In this document: positions 37,845 through 46,851 of the stretch, in pieces
Layout of the letters: each line of letters opens with the position of its first letter
How positions within the stretch are numbered: position 1 is the first letter of the stretch
Source: a virus
Length of the DNA: 64,000 nucleotides
IMG/VR virus record: IMGVR_UViG_3300028654_000009
Strand: one strand, 5' to 3'
Notes under the pieces: model-generated
What the model saw: the letters and a program-made list of their open reading frames with translations, nothing else
The model's database searches: none
Told to the model about the DNA's origin: nothing
Made by a program: the position numbers and the translations under genes

Positions 37845-39401
37845 TTGGCCGGGACCAAGAAGCCACAGCGCGCGCCTGAGTGTCCGCGCTGTGGTAAGGT
37901 CATGGGCAAGAACGGGTTCGAGAGGGACGGGAAACAGAAGTGGAGGTGCTTCAAGGGTTCCAATTCTGGAGACGGCGCTAGAGGCGAAATCTGCTATTCT
38001 GGCGTCAATGTGGCGGCTGACGATCCCAAGAAAGCTCCTGCGGACTTCAAGCTGCAACTGTCGGGGAATTTGTTTGTCATTACGGGTGCCCAAAATGGCA
38101 CCCCTGTGGTCGGAGAGTTCCTAGAAACTTTGAAGGTCGTGGCCGGCGCTCGGAAGGCCCAGCTGGTGGTCGTTCCGATGCGATATCGAAACCCGACGTC
38201 TACTTGGACAGCTTCCCAGGCTGGAGACGAAGTGTGGGCCGAAGAGGTTATTCCTTACTTGTGCAACCAGCGCCGCGTTTTAAGCAAGCACTTGGTTTTG
38301 CTGGGGGACGCAAAGGTGCAGCCTACGGCGACGGACCCTACTGCGGGCTTTGACGGCGTCACAGGAGAGAAATCGGCCATCCTGGCTCACACCAAGGTGG
38401 CTCTTCGGTCTGTGCCGCAGTTGGCAAGCCATGGTGGCCCCAAAATCATGGTCACGACTGGCTCTGTCACCAGAGCCAACTACACAGACAGCCGCGCCGG
38501 GGCCCTTGGAGAGTTCCACCATAGCCTGGCCGCCGTTATCGTAGAGATCACCGGGTCAGGCGGGTTTCACATCAGGCACCTTCACTGGGACCCTAAGCGG
38601 AAATCGGTCGTTGACCTGGACGTGGAATACTTTGCCAGTGGGAAAGTCACGAAAGCCCCTCGGGCTCTCGCTTTGATATGCGGCGATCTGCACGTTGGCT
38701 CTGTTGACCCAGGCGTGGAGAAGGCCACCTTCGGAAAAGGAGGCATGATGGAGCGTCTCCGACCTCTAAACCTCGTCCTTCACGACACCTTTGATGGGAT
38801 TAGCGTCAACCCTCACATGGTCAATCCTTTTGAGAAGCTGCGGAGGCAAAATTCTAAGCTCTCCAACGTTCGAGAGGAAGTCCAACGGTGTATTTCATAC
38901 GTTCGCGAAGTCACGCCCGAAGACTGTACGGCAGTCGCTGTGGCAAGCAATCATGATTCGTTCCTGTCTAGGTGGGTCGCGACTAACGACTGGCGCACGG
39001 ACCCAGAGAACGCTGAATACTACCTGGAATTGGCACACAAGATGGTGAAGCGGGGTACCGGGAACGCTGTAGCGATTGCCTTTGAAGGCTCAGGAATTCA
39101 CATACTGTCTCCGGACGAGTCTTTCCGCCTTGCAGGAATCGAGCTAGGGATGCACGGCCATTTGGGCCCAAATGGCGCCAAGGGGTCTCTGAAGAATCTT
39201 TCGAAGATCGCCCAGAAGTCGGTAACAGGCCACTCTCATACGGCCGGCATCATTGGTGGAGCGATCGCGGTGGGAACCTCCACGACATTGAGACTTGGCT
39301 ATAACGTGGGTCCTTCTTCTTGGGGACAGGCCCATTGTTTGCTGTTGGCGAACGGCAAGAGGCAGCTCGTTTTCATCGTCGATGGTAAGTGGCGTATTTG
39401 A
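37845..39401 (+). CDS. T5 A1-like metallophosphoesterase/nuclease with N-terminal zinc ribbon
   Basis: VITGAQN.T.V, GDLH, LHD.FDG, SNHD, HGH.GPNG, GHSH, GPSSW and NGKRQ motifs. Confidence 0.75.
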   Translation: MAGTKKPQRAPECPRCGKVMGKNGFERDGKQKWRCFKGSNSGDGARGEICYSGVNVAADDPKKAPADFKLQLSGNLFVITGAQNGTPVVGEFLETLKVVAGARKAQLVVVPMRYRNPTSTWTASQAGDEVWAEEVIPYLCNQRRVLSKHLVLLGDAKVQPTATDPTAGFDGVTGEKSAILAHTKVALRSVPQLASHGGPKIMVTTGSVTRANYTDSRAGALGEFHHSLAAVIVEITGSGGFHIRHLHWDPKRKSVVDLDVEYFASGKVTKAPRALALICGDLHVGSVDPGVEKATFGKGGMMERLRPLNLVLHDTFDGISVNPHMVNPFEKLRRQNSKLSNVREEVQRCISYVREVTPEDCTAVAVASNHDSFLSRWVATNDWRTDPENAEYYLELAHKMVKRGTGNAVAIAFEGSGIHILSPDESFRLAGIELGMHGHLGPNGAKGSLKNLSKIAQKSVTGHSHTAGIIGGAIAVGTSTTLRLGYNVGPSSWGQAHCLLLANGKRQLVFIVDGKWRI

Positions 39402-39432
39402 AACGCCCCAGTTGCGTGTCCGAAACCGCCCG

Positions 39433-39461
39433 TTGCGTAAACTACCCAGCTCTGCTATACT
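39433..39461 (+). promoter_or_regulatory. Sigma70-type promoter (leaderless)
   Basis: TTGCGT-N17-(TGC)TATACT-N6-GTG(39468). Confidence 0.7.
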
Positions 39462-39467
39462 TATCCG

Positions 39468-39860
39468 GTGATTGCAGAAGCTGAGCTTGTAGAAGGTATC
39501 AAAAAGACGTACGCAACGATACAGACGTTGTCGTCGAAGCTTGACCGCAGCCGGGCTGTTCTTACCAAACACGGAGCGATTTTACTGTCCGCCGAGGCTA
39601 ATTTGGCGTCGGTAAAAAGTGACGCACGCGAGACACTCAACTCGGAGGTCATAGACCTGGGGCGCTACAAAAGTTGCCGCAAGCAAATTGCGGATATAGG
39701 TGCCTTCATCGACGAAATCCGAATCAATATCGGCAACGCTGCAGTCGAGGTGGAAGGCACCAGACAACAACTGGAGGGCGCCAAAGCTCTGTATTCTGAG
39801 TTGGTGAAAACCTTAGAGAACCCAAAACTTGCGACCGTACTTCCGATGGAGCGTCCATGA
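39468..39860 (+). CDS. Hypothetical coiled-coil protein
   Basis: 130-aa helical ORF behind the promoter. Confidence 0.6.
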   Translation: MIAEAELVEGIKKTYATIQTLSSKLDRSRAVLTKHGAILLSAEANLASVKSDARETLNSEVIDLGRYKSCRKQIADIGAFIDEIRINIGNAAVEVEGTRQQLEGAKALYSELVKTLENPKLATVLPMERP

Positions 39861-40057
39861 GCGATGAGCGTCTAACTGCAGATCCCGATTTCATCTTGTT
39901 GAAGCGTTTCGGATACAGCATTCAAAAGCTTGAACAGAGATACCCGGACGGCTGTCCGGCGCATATCATCGCCCCGGCGCTGGGCCTCACCGAGGAAGAG
40001 CTTGTGGCCAAACACGAAGAGATCGTCGTCAAGCTTCGCGCCCTGATGGGAGCATAA
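39857..40057 (+). CDS. Free-standing sigma region 4-like HTH protein
   Basis: IIAPALGLTEEELVAKHEEIVVKLRALM resembles region 4.2 (IA..LGLT.E.V......KLR). Confidence 0.5.
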   Translation: MSDERLTADPDFILLKRFGYSIQKLEQRYPDGCPAHIIAPALGLTEEELVAKHEEIVVKLRALMGA

Positions 40058-41853
40058 TGAGCTTCAAGGCGTTTTCGACTCCACACTGTCACCCCCTTTC
40101 TCTCGACTCTGGAGCCACCCCTGCTGCGTTTGCAAAGCGTGAAGTGGAGCTAGGCTCCGGAAGTATCACCTGCACCGATCACGGGTCACTGGCAGCAGCT
40201 TATGAGGTCACGAAGCTTGCCAAGAAGCACAACCTGCTGCCCTGTGTGGGGCTCGAAGCGTACGTGCGTGACGACAATTGCCCAATCCTTGGGAGCCTTG
40301 GGGTCGCAAAGACAGACACTATCCCCAAAGGAATGGACAAGGAGGCCTGGCTTGCCGAACATCCTGACGGTTCGTACTTCGAGTATTCCAAATACCAACA
40401 CCTGACCCTGGGGTTTCGGGACTACGCCGCGTACCTTACCGGCGTTCGCCTGCTGTCTGACGCCGACGCCCGAGCCGAGCGGCATGGGTCCGAGCTGAAG
40501 CCATTGTTCGCCTGGGACCAAATCGAAGAGCTGGCCTCAAAAAATGTAACGGCGACTTCGTCCTGTTTGATAGGGATGGTTGGGCGCTTTCTGTTGGAGC
40601 ACAACAACGAGGACGCGGCAGAGGCATACTTCGATCGACTCAATCACTTGTTCAAGGGCCGATTCTACGTGGAGGTCTTCCCTCACGAGTGTACCCACAA
40701 CTGGACCAACAAGGTGTTTTTGGAAGTGGAGGCTCCCGAGGGGAAGCGTCGCCTCCCTTTCCATACCGGGAAGAAGCTGCGTACCAACAGAAACGAGCCC
40801 AAGGGCATTTCTGCAGAGGACCTGGCAGCGGTGTTCAAAGGTGGTGGTTACCAGACCCTGCATGAGATTTGCCACTACCGGAAGTGGGAAGCCCTCCCGG
40901 CTCCTGTGAAATTGTTGAGCGTCGAGCGTATCGAGGGCTTCATCGAGAATGAATGCGACCCTTACGGGAATACGGACGTCCAGATCAACGTCAACAAATT
41001 CGTCCTTAGGCTTGCAGAGAAGTACAACGTGCCGGTTCTGCCTTCTGACGATAGCCACCTCGCGACACCTGACGAGAAGAGCGTCCAGGACGTTCGTTTA
41101 GCGCAGCAGGGCGATTGGCGCTTTCACAAGGCGTACTATCGGATGTCGTCTGACGACGCTTACCCTTATTTTAGGGACAAATTGGGTATCTCGCCCAAAC
41201 AGTTTGAGAGTTGGATTGACAACTCCCACGAGTGGGCCCAGGGGTTCAAGGGGTTCAAGTTCGACGGAACCCCAAGCCTCCCCAAGAAGTTCTATCCCTC
41301 TGACACTCTGGCTCACCTGAAGGCTTTAATTCAAAAGCATGGGAAGTTCCCACGAGGCGATAAAAGGTACGTGGAGCGTCTCAAAAAAGAAATTGAGATG
41401 GTTCACAGGAACGGGAAGATTGACCTCCTGCCGTACTTCTTCAGCGCAGAGGAGTGTACGCGGCTGTATTCCAATCAGGGCATGCTGACCGGATTTGCTC
41501 GTGGCTCTGCAGGGGGTTTGTTGATTTCGTATCTGCTGGACATCACCCAGCTGGACCCGATTCGGTATGAACTGTCAATGGAGCGTTTTTTGACTACTGA
41601 CCGTGTTCTGTCGGGGAAGCTCCCAGACATCGACCAAGACCTTACGTCCCGCGAGCTGTTGGTAGGCCAAGAGACGGAAGTGGTTGAATTTGAAGCAGAG
41701 GATGGTACACTCCACATCCTGCCCGAGTGGTTCAAAGTGGAGACGGACCAGGGGCTAATGACTGTCAGAGAGGCCAAGGAGAAGGACGCGGACGTCTACC
41801 CTTGGTGGCTGGAGAAAGAAATAGATGAGAATCAGGAAAATCCACCGGGCTAG
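40057..41853 (+). CDS. dnaE: DNA polymerase III alpha, N-terminal part (PHP domain and palm start)
   Basis: HCH..SLD, TDHG, GLEAY, DSH, RGSAGG.L.SYLL.IT.LDP, ERFL and PDIDQD motifs. Confidence 0.92.
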   Translation: MSFKAFSTPHCHPLSLDSGATPAAFAKREVELGSGSITCTDHGSLAAAYEVTKLAKKHNLLPCVGLEAYVRDDNCPILGSLGVAKTDTIPKGMDKEAWLAEHPDGSYFEYSKYQHLTLGFRDYAAYLTGVRLLSDADARAERHGSELKPLFAWDQIEELASKNVTATSSCLIGMVGRFLLEHNNEDAAEAYFDRLNHLFKGRFYVEVFPHECTHNWTNKVFLEVEAPEGKRRLPFHTGKKLRTNRNEPKGISAEDLAAVFKGGGYQTLHEICHYRKWEALPAPVKLLSVERIEGFIENECDPYGNTDVQINVNKFVLRLAEKYNVPVLPSDDSHLATPDEKSVQDVRLAQQGDWRFHKAYYRMSSDDAYPYFRDKLGISPKQFESWIDNSHEWAQGFKGFKFDGTPSLPKKFYPSDTLAHLKALIQKHGKFPRGDKRYVERLKKEIEMVHRNGKIDLLPYFFSAEECTRLYSNQGMLTGFARGSAGGLLISYLLDITQLDPIRYELSMERFLTTDRVLSGKLPDIDQDLTSRELLVGQETEVVEFEAEDGTLHILPEWFKVETDQGLMTVREAKEKDADVYPWWLEKEIDENQENPPG

Positions 41854-44230
41854 TTCCCCGCGCCCTGAAGAAGGAGCTATCAAGCCTTGGTTCCCGGGCT
41901 GGTTTCATGAACGCTTCGGGGACCATATCGCGCAAATCAGCGTAGACACGACTCTCAAAATGAGGTCGGCCGTGAAGGACGTGTCGCGTGCTAGGCACGG
42001 GTATGTGGCCGACGACGTTGAAAAACTAGCCGCAAAATTCCTGACGCCCCCGATGGGGATTTCGGATCATCGTTTCGCTTTAGGTGACGATAGCGAGGAT
42101 GAAGGACGAATGCTCGGGTCTTCTGTGCCAGGGCATGTGGGCAGCGATGCTGCCCTTATCGAGTACATTCGACGCTATCCTGAGGAGTGGGGAGTTGTCC
42201 AGAAGGCTTTGGGTTTGCCTCGCAACAAAGGCAAGCATGCCTCGGCGTACGTTTTGGCTAACCGTCCGATCAAGACATTCATCCCCCTGACGACCGTCAC
42301 GGGTGAGCAGGTCACAGCGTTCACGGCGGCCCCTGTCGAGGCGGCTGGCGGAGTTAAGATGGACTATTTGGTGGTCTCCCAAATTAAGGACATCCAAGAC
42401 GCTATCAGGATTGTTCAAGGACGGCATGGAGGTGAGCCGACCACCCAAGTTCTGAACGGGATTCCTGTCCCGCCACAGCGCCTGGTCCCTTTGCCGGCCG
42501 GCGGGTATGCAGACATCGCAGACCTCCCTCCCGACCCATCTGTGTTCAAAGAGATCGCTCTGAGTCGCACCGATACCGTGTTCCAGTTGAACACCCCGGC
42601 AGCAAAGAAATGGCTCGAACATTTTTCTCATCAACGCCCCGATGGCTCTTATGTTATCGACAGCGTCAAGGCTATCGCTGACTTTACGGCCCTCGACCGA
42701 CCGGGACCCCTGGACGCATTCGTCATCAATCCTGACTGGGACGGGCCGCCCGACCACCAGGACGCGCGACATAACATGCTCGTCGAATATGCTCGCAGAA
42801 AGCGTGGGGCGACACCTTCGCCAGAGATTCAGCCGATCATGGAAAAGATGCTTCCTGAGACGGCGGGCATCTTGATTTATCAGGAGCAGGTCCAGCGGGT
42901 GTACCAAGAGCTGACGGGCTGTACCGGTGTAGAGGCTGAGGGGTTCAGGGCAGCCGTGGCCAAGAAACAAAAGGAAGATGTCGATAAGGCTTACCCGTTT
43001 TTTATGGCCGCTGCCGAGAAACAGATTGGCAAAGAGAATGCCCAGCAATTGTGGGACGCCATCGAGACGTTCTCCGCCTACGGTTTCAACAAGGCCCACG
43101 CTACGGCGTACGCCCTTACTGCCTATGCCTGTGCGTGGCTTAAGTTCCATTATCCTTTGGAGTGGTGGACGGCGGTCCTGGGCAACGCTACCAAAAAAGC
43201 TATCAACGAAAAGTTCTGGCCCTATTGCCACAAATTCGTTTTGCTACCCGACATCCGGTTGTCGGGGCACGATTGGCAGATAGAGGGCGACAAAATCCGA
43301 GCCCCGCTGTCTCTTCTCAATGGAGTAGGCGAGAAAGCGTTCGAGCAGCTGTGCAAGTATGCCCCTTACGATTCCATCCTGGATTTCGCCAAGGCGATTA
43401 AGAAGCACCAAGACTCCAACCCGAAGGCGCGCGAACGCAAGGTAAAGGGCGAGGACCGAACAGAGACGGTGGAAGGCCCCGGGCTTTCTTCTATTCATCG
43501 TTCGACGGTGTACCGAATGATAGTCGCAGGGACCATGTCTTCTCTCTTCCCACAAAATTACACTGTCGGCGAGTGTATCGCCGCGTATGACGCCGCCATG
43601 ACCGAAGTGTTTGGTAAGAAGTATACGAAGACCAAGAAGGCCGTGTTCCCCACACTCGACACCTACGGCCGCTATCAAATCAAAAAGGAGGTGCTGCCAA
43701 CGTATGGCGAAGACCTTCGCGTTTTGGTAGTGAAGGCCGGCCTTCCTGCGTATCTCAAACTATACGACGGGAAGAGATTGAGATTCAGCTGGGTCAAATG
43801 GAGCAGGACGCATTATCGAGAAATTGAGACCGAAGACCCCGTCATTGGTTGGGAGAGACTGGAGTCCCTCGTGGAGGCAACTACCGTTCCTCCTGGCGGT
43901 TTCTCGTGCGCAGTTGTTTGCTATGTAGACGCACGGGAGTTTATCAATTACGGACCAAACAAATCTAAGAGAGGTTTGAAGTTGCATGTAGACGTGGGAG
44001 GTGGTAGACTGGAGTCTGTCTTGTGGCCCAGAGGCGATAAGGGCCTGCCGCCGGGAGCCAATAATCTTGAGCCCGGCTGCATAGCGGTTCTTGCTCTCGA
44101 ACGGAACGACTCCACGAGGGGGTTCAACGTGAGAGCTTTTGAAGTAATTCGTGCACCACAAAAACTGAAGGAGGAAGATGTCGACGCCAAAGATAGCGGA
44201 CCTGCTGACCACAATCCAGCAAGCAAATAA
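41825..44230 (+). CDS. dnaE: DNA polymerase III alpha, C-terminal part
   Basis: AQI...KDVSR, GKHAS, KMDYL, VFQL, RPGP, IYQEQ, YGFNKAHA and GVG motifs. Has its own GGAG SD. Confidence 0.92.
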   Translation: MRIRKIHRASSPRPEEGAIKPWFPGWFHERFGDHIAQISVDTTLKMRSAVKDVSRARHGYVADDVEKLAAKFLTPPMGISDHRFALGDDSEDEGRMLGSSVPGHVGSDAALIEYIRRYPEEWGVVQKALGLPRNKGKHASAYVLANRPIKTFIPLTTVTGEQVTAFTAAPVEAAGGVKMDYLVVSQIKDIQDAIRIVQGRHGGEPTTQVLNGIPVPPQRLVPLPAGGYADIADLPPDPSVFKEIALSRTDTVFQLNTPAAKKWLEHFSHQRPDGSYVIDSVKAIADFTALDRPGPLDAFVINPDWDGPPDHQDARHNMLVEYARRKRGATPSPEIQPIMEKMLPETAGILIYQEQVQRVYQELTGCTGVEAEGFRAAVAKKQKEDVDKAYPFFMAAAEKQIGKENAQQLWDAIETFSAYGFNKAHATAYALTAYACAWLKFHYPLEWWTAVLGNATKKAINEKFWPYCHKFVLLPDIRLSGHDWQIEGDKIRAPLSLLNGVGEKAFEQLCKYAPYDSILDFAKAIKKHQDSNPKARERKVKGEDRTETVEGPGLSSIHRSTVYRMIVAGTMSSLFPQNYTVGECIAAYDAAMTEVFGKKYTKTKKAVFPTLDTYGRYQIKKEVLPTYGEDLRVLVVKAGLPAYLKLYDGKRLRFSWVKWSRTHYREIETEDPVIGWERLESLVEATTVPPGGFSCAVVCYVDAREFINYGPNKSKRGLKLHVDVGGGRLESVLWPRGDKGLPPGANNLEPGCIAVLALERNDSTRGFNVRAFEVIRAPQKLKEEDVDAKDSGPADHNPASK

Positions 44231-44876
44231 TACGATTGCAACTCCGGTAGAGACGGTTCACCGGACCATCGCTGCTGGCCACCAGATGCGGCAGCAGGAC
44301 GCCCGGGATGCGCTCCCGGGGCTCAAGAAGCAGCTGACCGAGCTAACCGTTCCGGAGCGTCTGTTCGCTCTTTATGCTACCGGGTCGACCGCTGGCACCG
44401 AGGCTTTTCTGTCGGCCAACGGCGGAGTGGTGCTGTCAGTCGACCGTTTCTGGCTCGACCTGGCCGACCAGGTGCAGCTGGGCCCGGACCACATGGTCCG
44501 CACCACCGAGCACTTCATTTTGTTCCGGGCTCTGGAGAACAAGGGCAAGGACCTGGAGATCGGGAAGACAACCGTGCCCGATTACCGAGAAGCAATCTGT
44601 AACACGCTACCGGAGCTGGCAGCATGGGTTCGTGACCGTGCTCTTTCTGCCGGCAATACGGCGCACAACTATCAATTCCTCTTGAATCAAATCTTGGAGC
44701 AGGTCATCGCAGGCGATATCGACGGTAAGAAAATTCCGGTACTCATCGTAGGCAATACTTCACCCCAGGAACAAGCATCTCTTTCATCTCTCTTCGCAAA
44801 GACGGGGGCTCATCATTTCGATGAGGACTTCGTCCCCAAACTTAACACCATCACAGACCTCTTTCGCAAACTGTAA
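44178..44876 (+). CDS. Hypothetical protein
   Basis: AGGAGG SD. 232 aa. Confidence 0.7.
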   Translation: MSTPKIADLLTTIQQANNTIATPVETVHRTIAAGHQMRQQDARDALPGLKKQLTELTVPERLFALYATGSTAGTEAFLSANGGVVLSVDRFWLDLADQVQLGPDHMVRTTEHFILFRALENKGKDLEIGKTTVPDYREAICNTLPELAAWVRDRALSAGNTAHNYQFLLNQILEQVIAGDIDGKKIPVLIVGNTSPQEQASLSSLFAKTGAHHFDEDFVPKLNTITDLFRKL

Positions 44877-44884
44877 AGCCCACA

Positions 44885-45091
44885 ATGCCGTCGTCCATTA
44901 ACGATGATGAAACCTACAAACGCCTTCGCGAGAGAGAGGTTTCTCTAGGCAAGCAAAAGCTCAAACTTATGCGCTCGCTGGCCACGCTGGCTGGCGCTCG
45001 TCAAGCTATGGAGAACCTATCCCCAGACCTTGAGAAGGCCAGAAAAGATGTCTTTGATTACACCTACCTGTTCAACAACTACAACGAATAA
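44885..45091 (+). CDS. Small hypothetical protein
   Basis: 68-aa ORF filling an operon gap. Confidence 0.5.
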   Translation: MPSSINDDETYKRLREREVSLGKQKLKLMRSLATLAGARQAMENLSPDLEKARKDVFDYTYLFNNYNE

Positions 45092-45129
45092 CTCTCTTCG
45101 CAAACGTCCCGAAAACTGAAAGGAAACAC

Positions 45130-46248
45130 ATGGCAAACGATATCGATAACGAGCTACCAGAAGGATTCGCCGAGGCCTCTTACGGCGCCGGCAAGTACGA
45201 GACTTTTGCTCTGAAGCCCGACTCCACCTTGGTGGTGCGCATCCTCCCGCCGATGAAGTCGCTGATCAAGTCCCGCGATTACGGAGCATTTTGGTACACC
45301 CACTTCATGAAGGGGACCGACCAGCGCAACCCAGACAAGATCAAGACGTACCCCGTTCTTGGTATCGAGGAGCGGGATTTCCGCAAAGGCGGCATCATCA
45401 TCAAGCAGGACCCGCTGGTCGAGGCTCGTCGTCCTTACCTGGACAAGATCGACGCCATCACCGCCTCTGGCAAGGAGAAGGGGTTGTCCAAGGAAGAGAT
45501 CAGGAAGGCCGTAGCCCCCTACCGGGAGTGGCTTGAGGACCACGGGTACAGCGGCAAGTGGCATCTGTACGCCATCAACAAGTCAGGCCAGTTCGGCATT
45601 CTGCGTATCAGCAACCGGCTGATGAAGGAGCTTCGGGCCGAGGTCAAGAAGCTCATCGCCCGCGAGATCAATCCCATGGGGGTAAAGGGCGTGTTCTGGT
45701 CGTTCACTCGTACGGGAAACGGATTCCAGGACGCTGATAAGGTTGTCCCGAATCGCATCGTCAACCCTGGCGATGGCAGCGAGCGGCTCGACTTCCATAC
45801 CCTCACCGCAGAAATCGGTCGGGCAGCTCTGGAGGCCCTCCCGGATTTGGAGGAAGAGAAGGCTCGCATCTCGTACTCTATCGAGATCATGGAGGCCCTT
45901 GCTAAGGACTCGTCTCCAGAGAACGTCGCGCATCTCTTGAACCGTACCGATTCTCGGGACCAGGCTGATTCTAATGTTCCCGCCGAGTCGAGCCGTCAAG
46001 AGGACGACGAAATCCCGGCTGGAGTTGCGGCGAGCAGCCCTACTCCTCCGCAGGAGAAGGCCGCCGAGCCGGCTCCGGCTGAGCCGACCGAAGAGGACGA
46101 AGAGGCCGCGCTGCAAGCACAGCTGGCAGCCCTCAAGGCCAAGAAGGCCGCCAAGGCCAAGCCCGTTGCCAGGCCTGCGGCCAAGCCCGAGCCGCCGAAG
46201 GCTCCGCCGGTCGATGACGACGGCCTAGACAGCGTCTTCGAAAGCTAA
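45130..46248 (+). CDS. Single-stranded DNA-binding protein (gp32-like)
   Basis: VRILPP, G....F.RTG.G and acidic tail DDDGLDSVFES. Lies next to RecA. Confidence 0.75.
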   Translation: MANDIDNELPEGFAEASYGAGKYETFALKPDSTLVVRILPPMKSLIKSRDYGAFWYTHFMKGTDQRNPDKIKTYPVLGIEERDFRKGGIIIKQDPLVEARRPYLDKIDAITASGKEKGLSKEEIRKAVAPYREWLEDHGYSGKWHLYAINKSGQFGILRISNRLMKELRAEVKKLIAREINPMGVKGVFWSFTRTGNGFQDADKVVPNRIVNPGDGSERLDFHTLTAEIGRAALEALPDLEEEKARISYSIEIMEALAKDSSPENVAHLLNRTDSRDQADSNVPAESSRQEDDEIPAGVAASSPTPPQEKAAEPAPAEPTEEDEEAALQAQLAALKAKKAAKAKPVARPAAKPEPPKAPPVDDDGLDSVFES

Positions 46249-46253
46249 AACCC

Positions 46254-46841
46254 ATGGGGATTGAATCCGGCAAACATACTTACGTCGTCCCGGCTGGGGA
46301 CGGCGTAAGGCCCCCCATTGTAATCGATTTGAAGAAGGTGGCCATCGCCGAGGCCCGGCTTCAGGACGTGGCCATTGTCAATAAGCAGACCGCCTCGGAG
46401 TTGTTGTCGACGTACAATGATGTCTGGCTAAAGCTGCAAGAGAATTGCACCAAGCTTGGGTTTGAACGTGACGAGGCGAAAAACGCCGTTGGCCGGACTC
46501 GCGCCGAAGCTCTGCTGGGCTGCAACGACGACACCTTCAAGAAGATGGGGCACGCCAAAGGCTCTGCAGACCTCAGGAACGCGGTCGTGGATCTTGACCT
46601 GGATGTCAAGGCAGCAGAGGACCGCCTGAACCAAATCAAGGCCGTGTTGGCGTTCCTGGAGGCCAAGGCTAAGGCCTTCGAAAACGCTTACAACTCAGTC
46701 AAGGCGTTGGTTCGCGGACAGGGCGAAGGAGGAGTGTCGGCCCCGGTGCCTCTGCGGGCGGGCGCCGCCAATCCGCACAATGACCCTCCAGAGGAAAGAA
46801 GCTCCCTTCCACCAGGTTTCGCTGACGTAATTTACAAGTAG
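46254..46841 (+). CDS. UvsY-like recombination mediator
   Basis: Helical coiled coil between SSB and RecA. Confidence 0.5.
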   Translation: MGIESGKHTYVVPAGDGVRPPIVIDLKKVAIAEARLQDVAIVNKQTASELLSTYNDVWLKLQENCTKLGFERDEAKNAVGRTRAEALLGCNDDTFKKMGHAKGSADLRNAVVDLDLDVKAAEDRLNQIKAVLAFLEAKAKAFENAYNSVKALVRGQGEGGVSAPVPLRAGAANPHNDPPEERSSLPPGFADVIYK

Positions 46842-46851
46842 AAAGGAACGA

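Noticed and set aside
41665-41890. Functional split intein in dnaE
   Set aside because: There is no N-terminal Cys/Ser block A, no TxxH and no His-Asn-Cys/Ser junction. It is reported only as a remnant.
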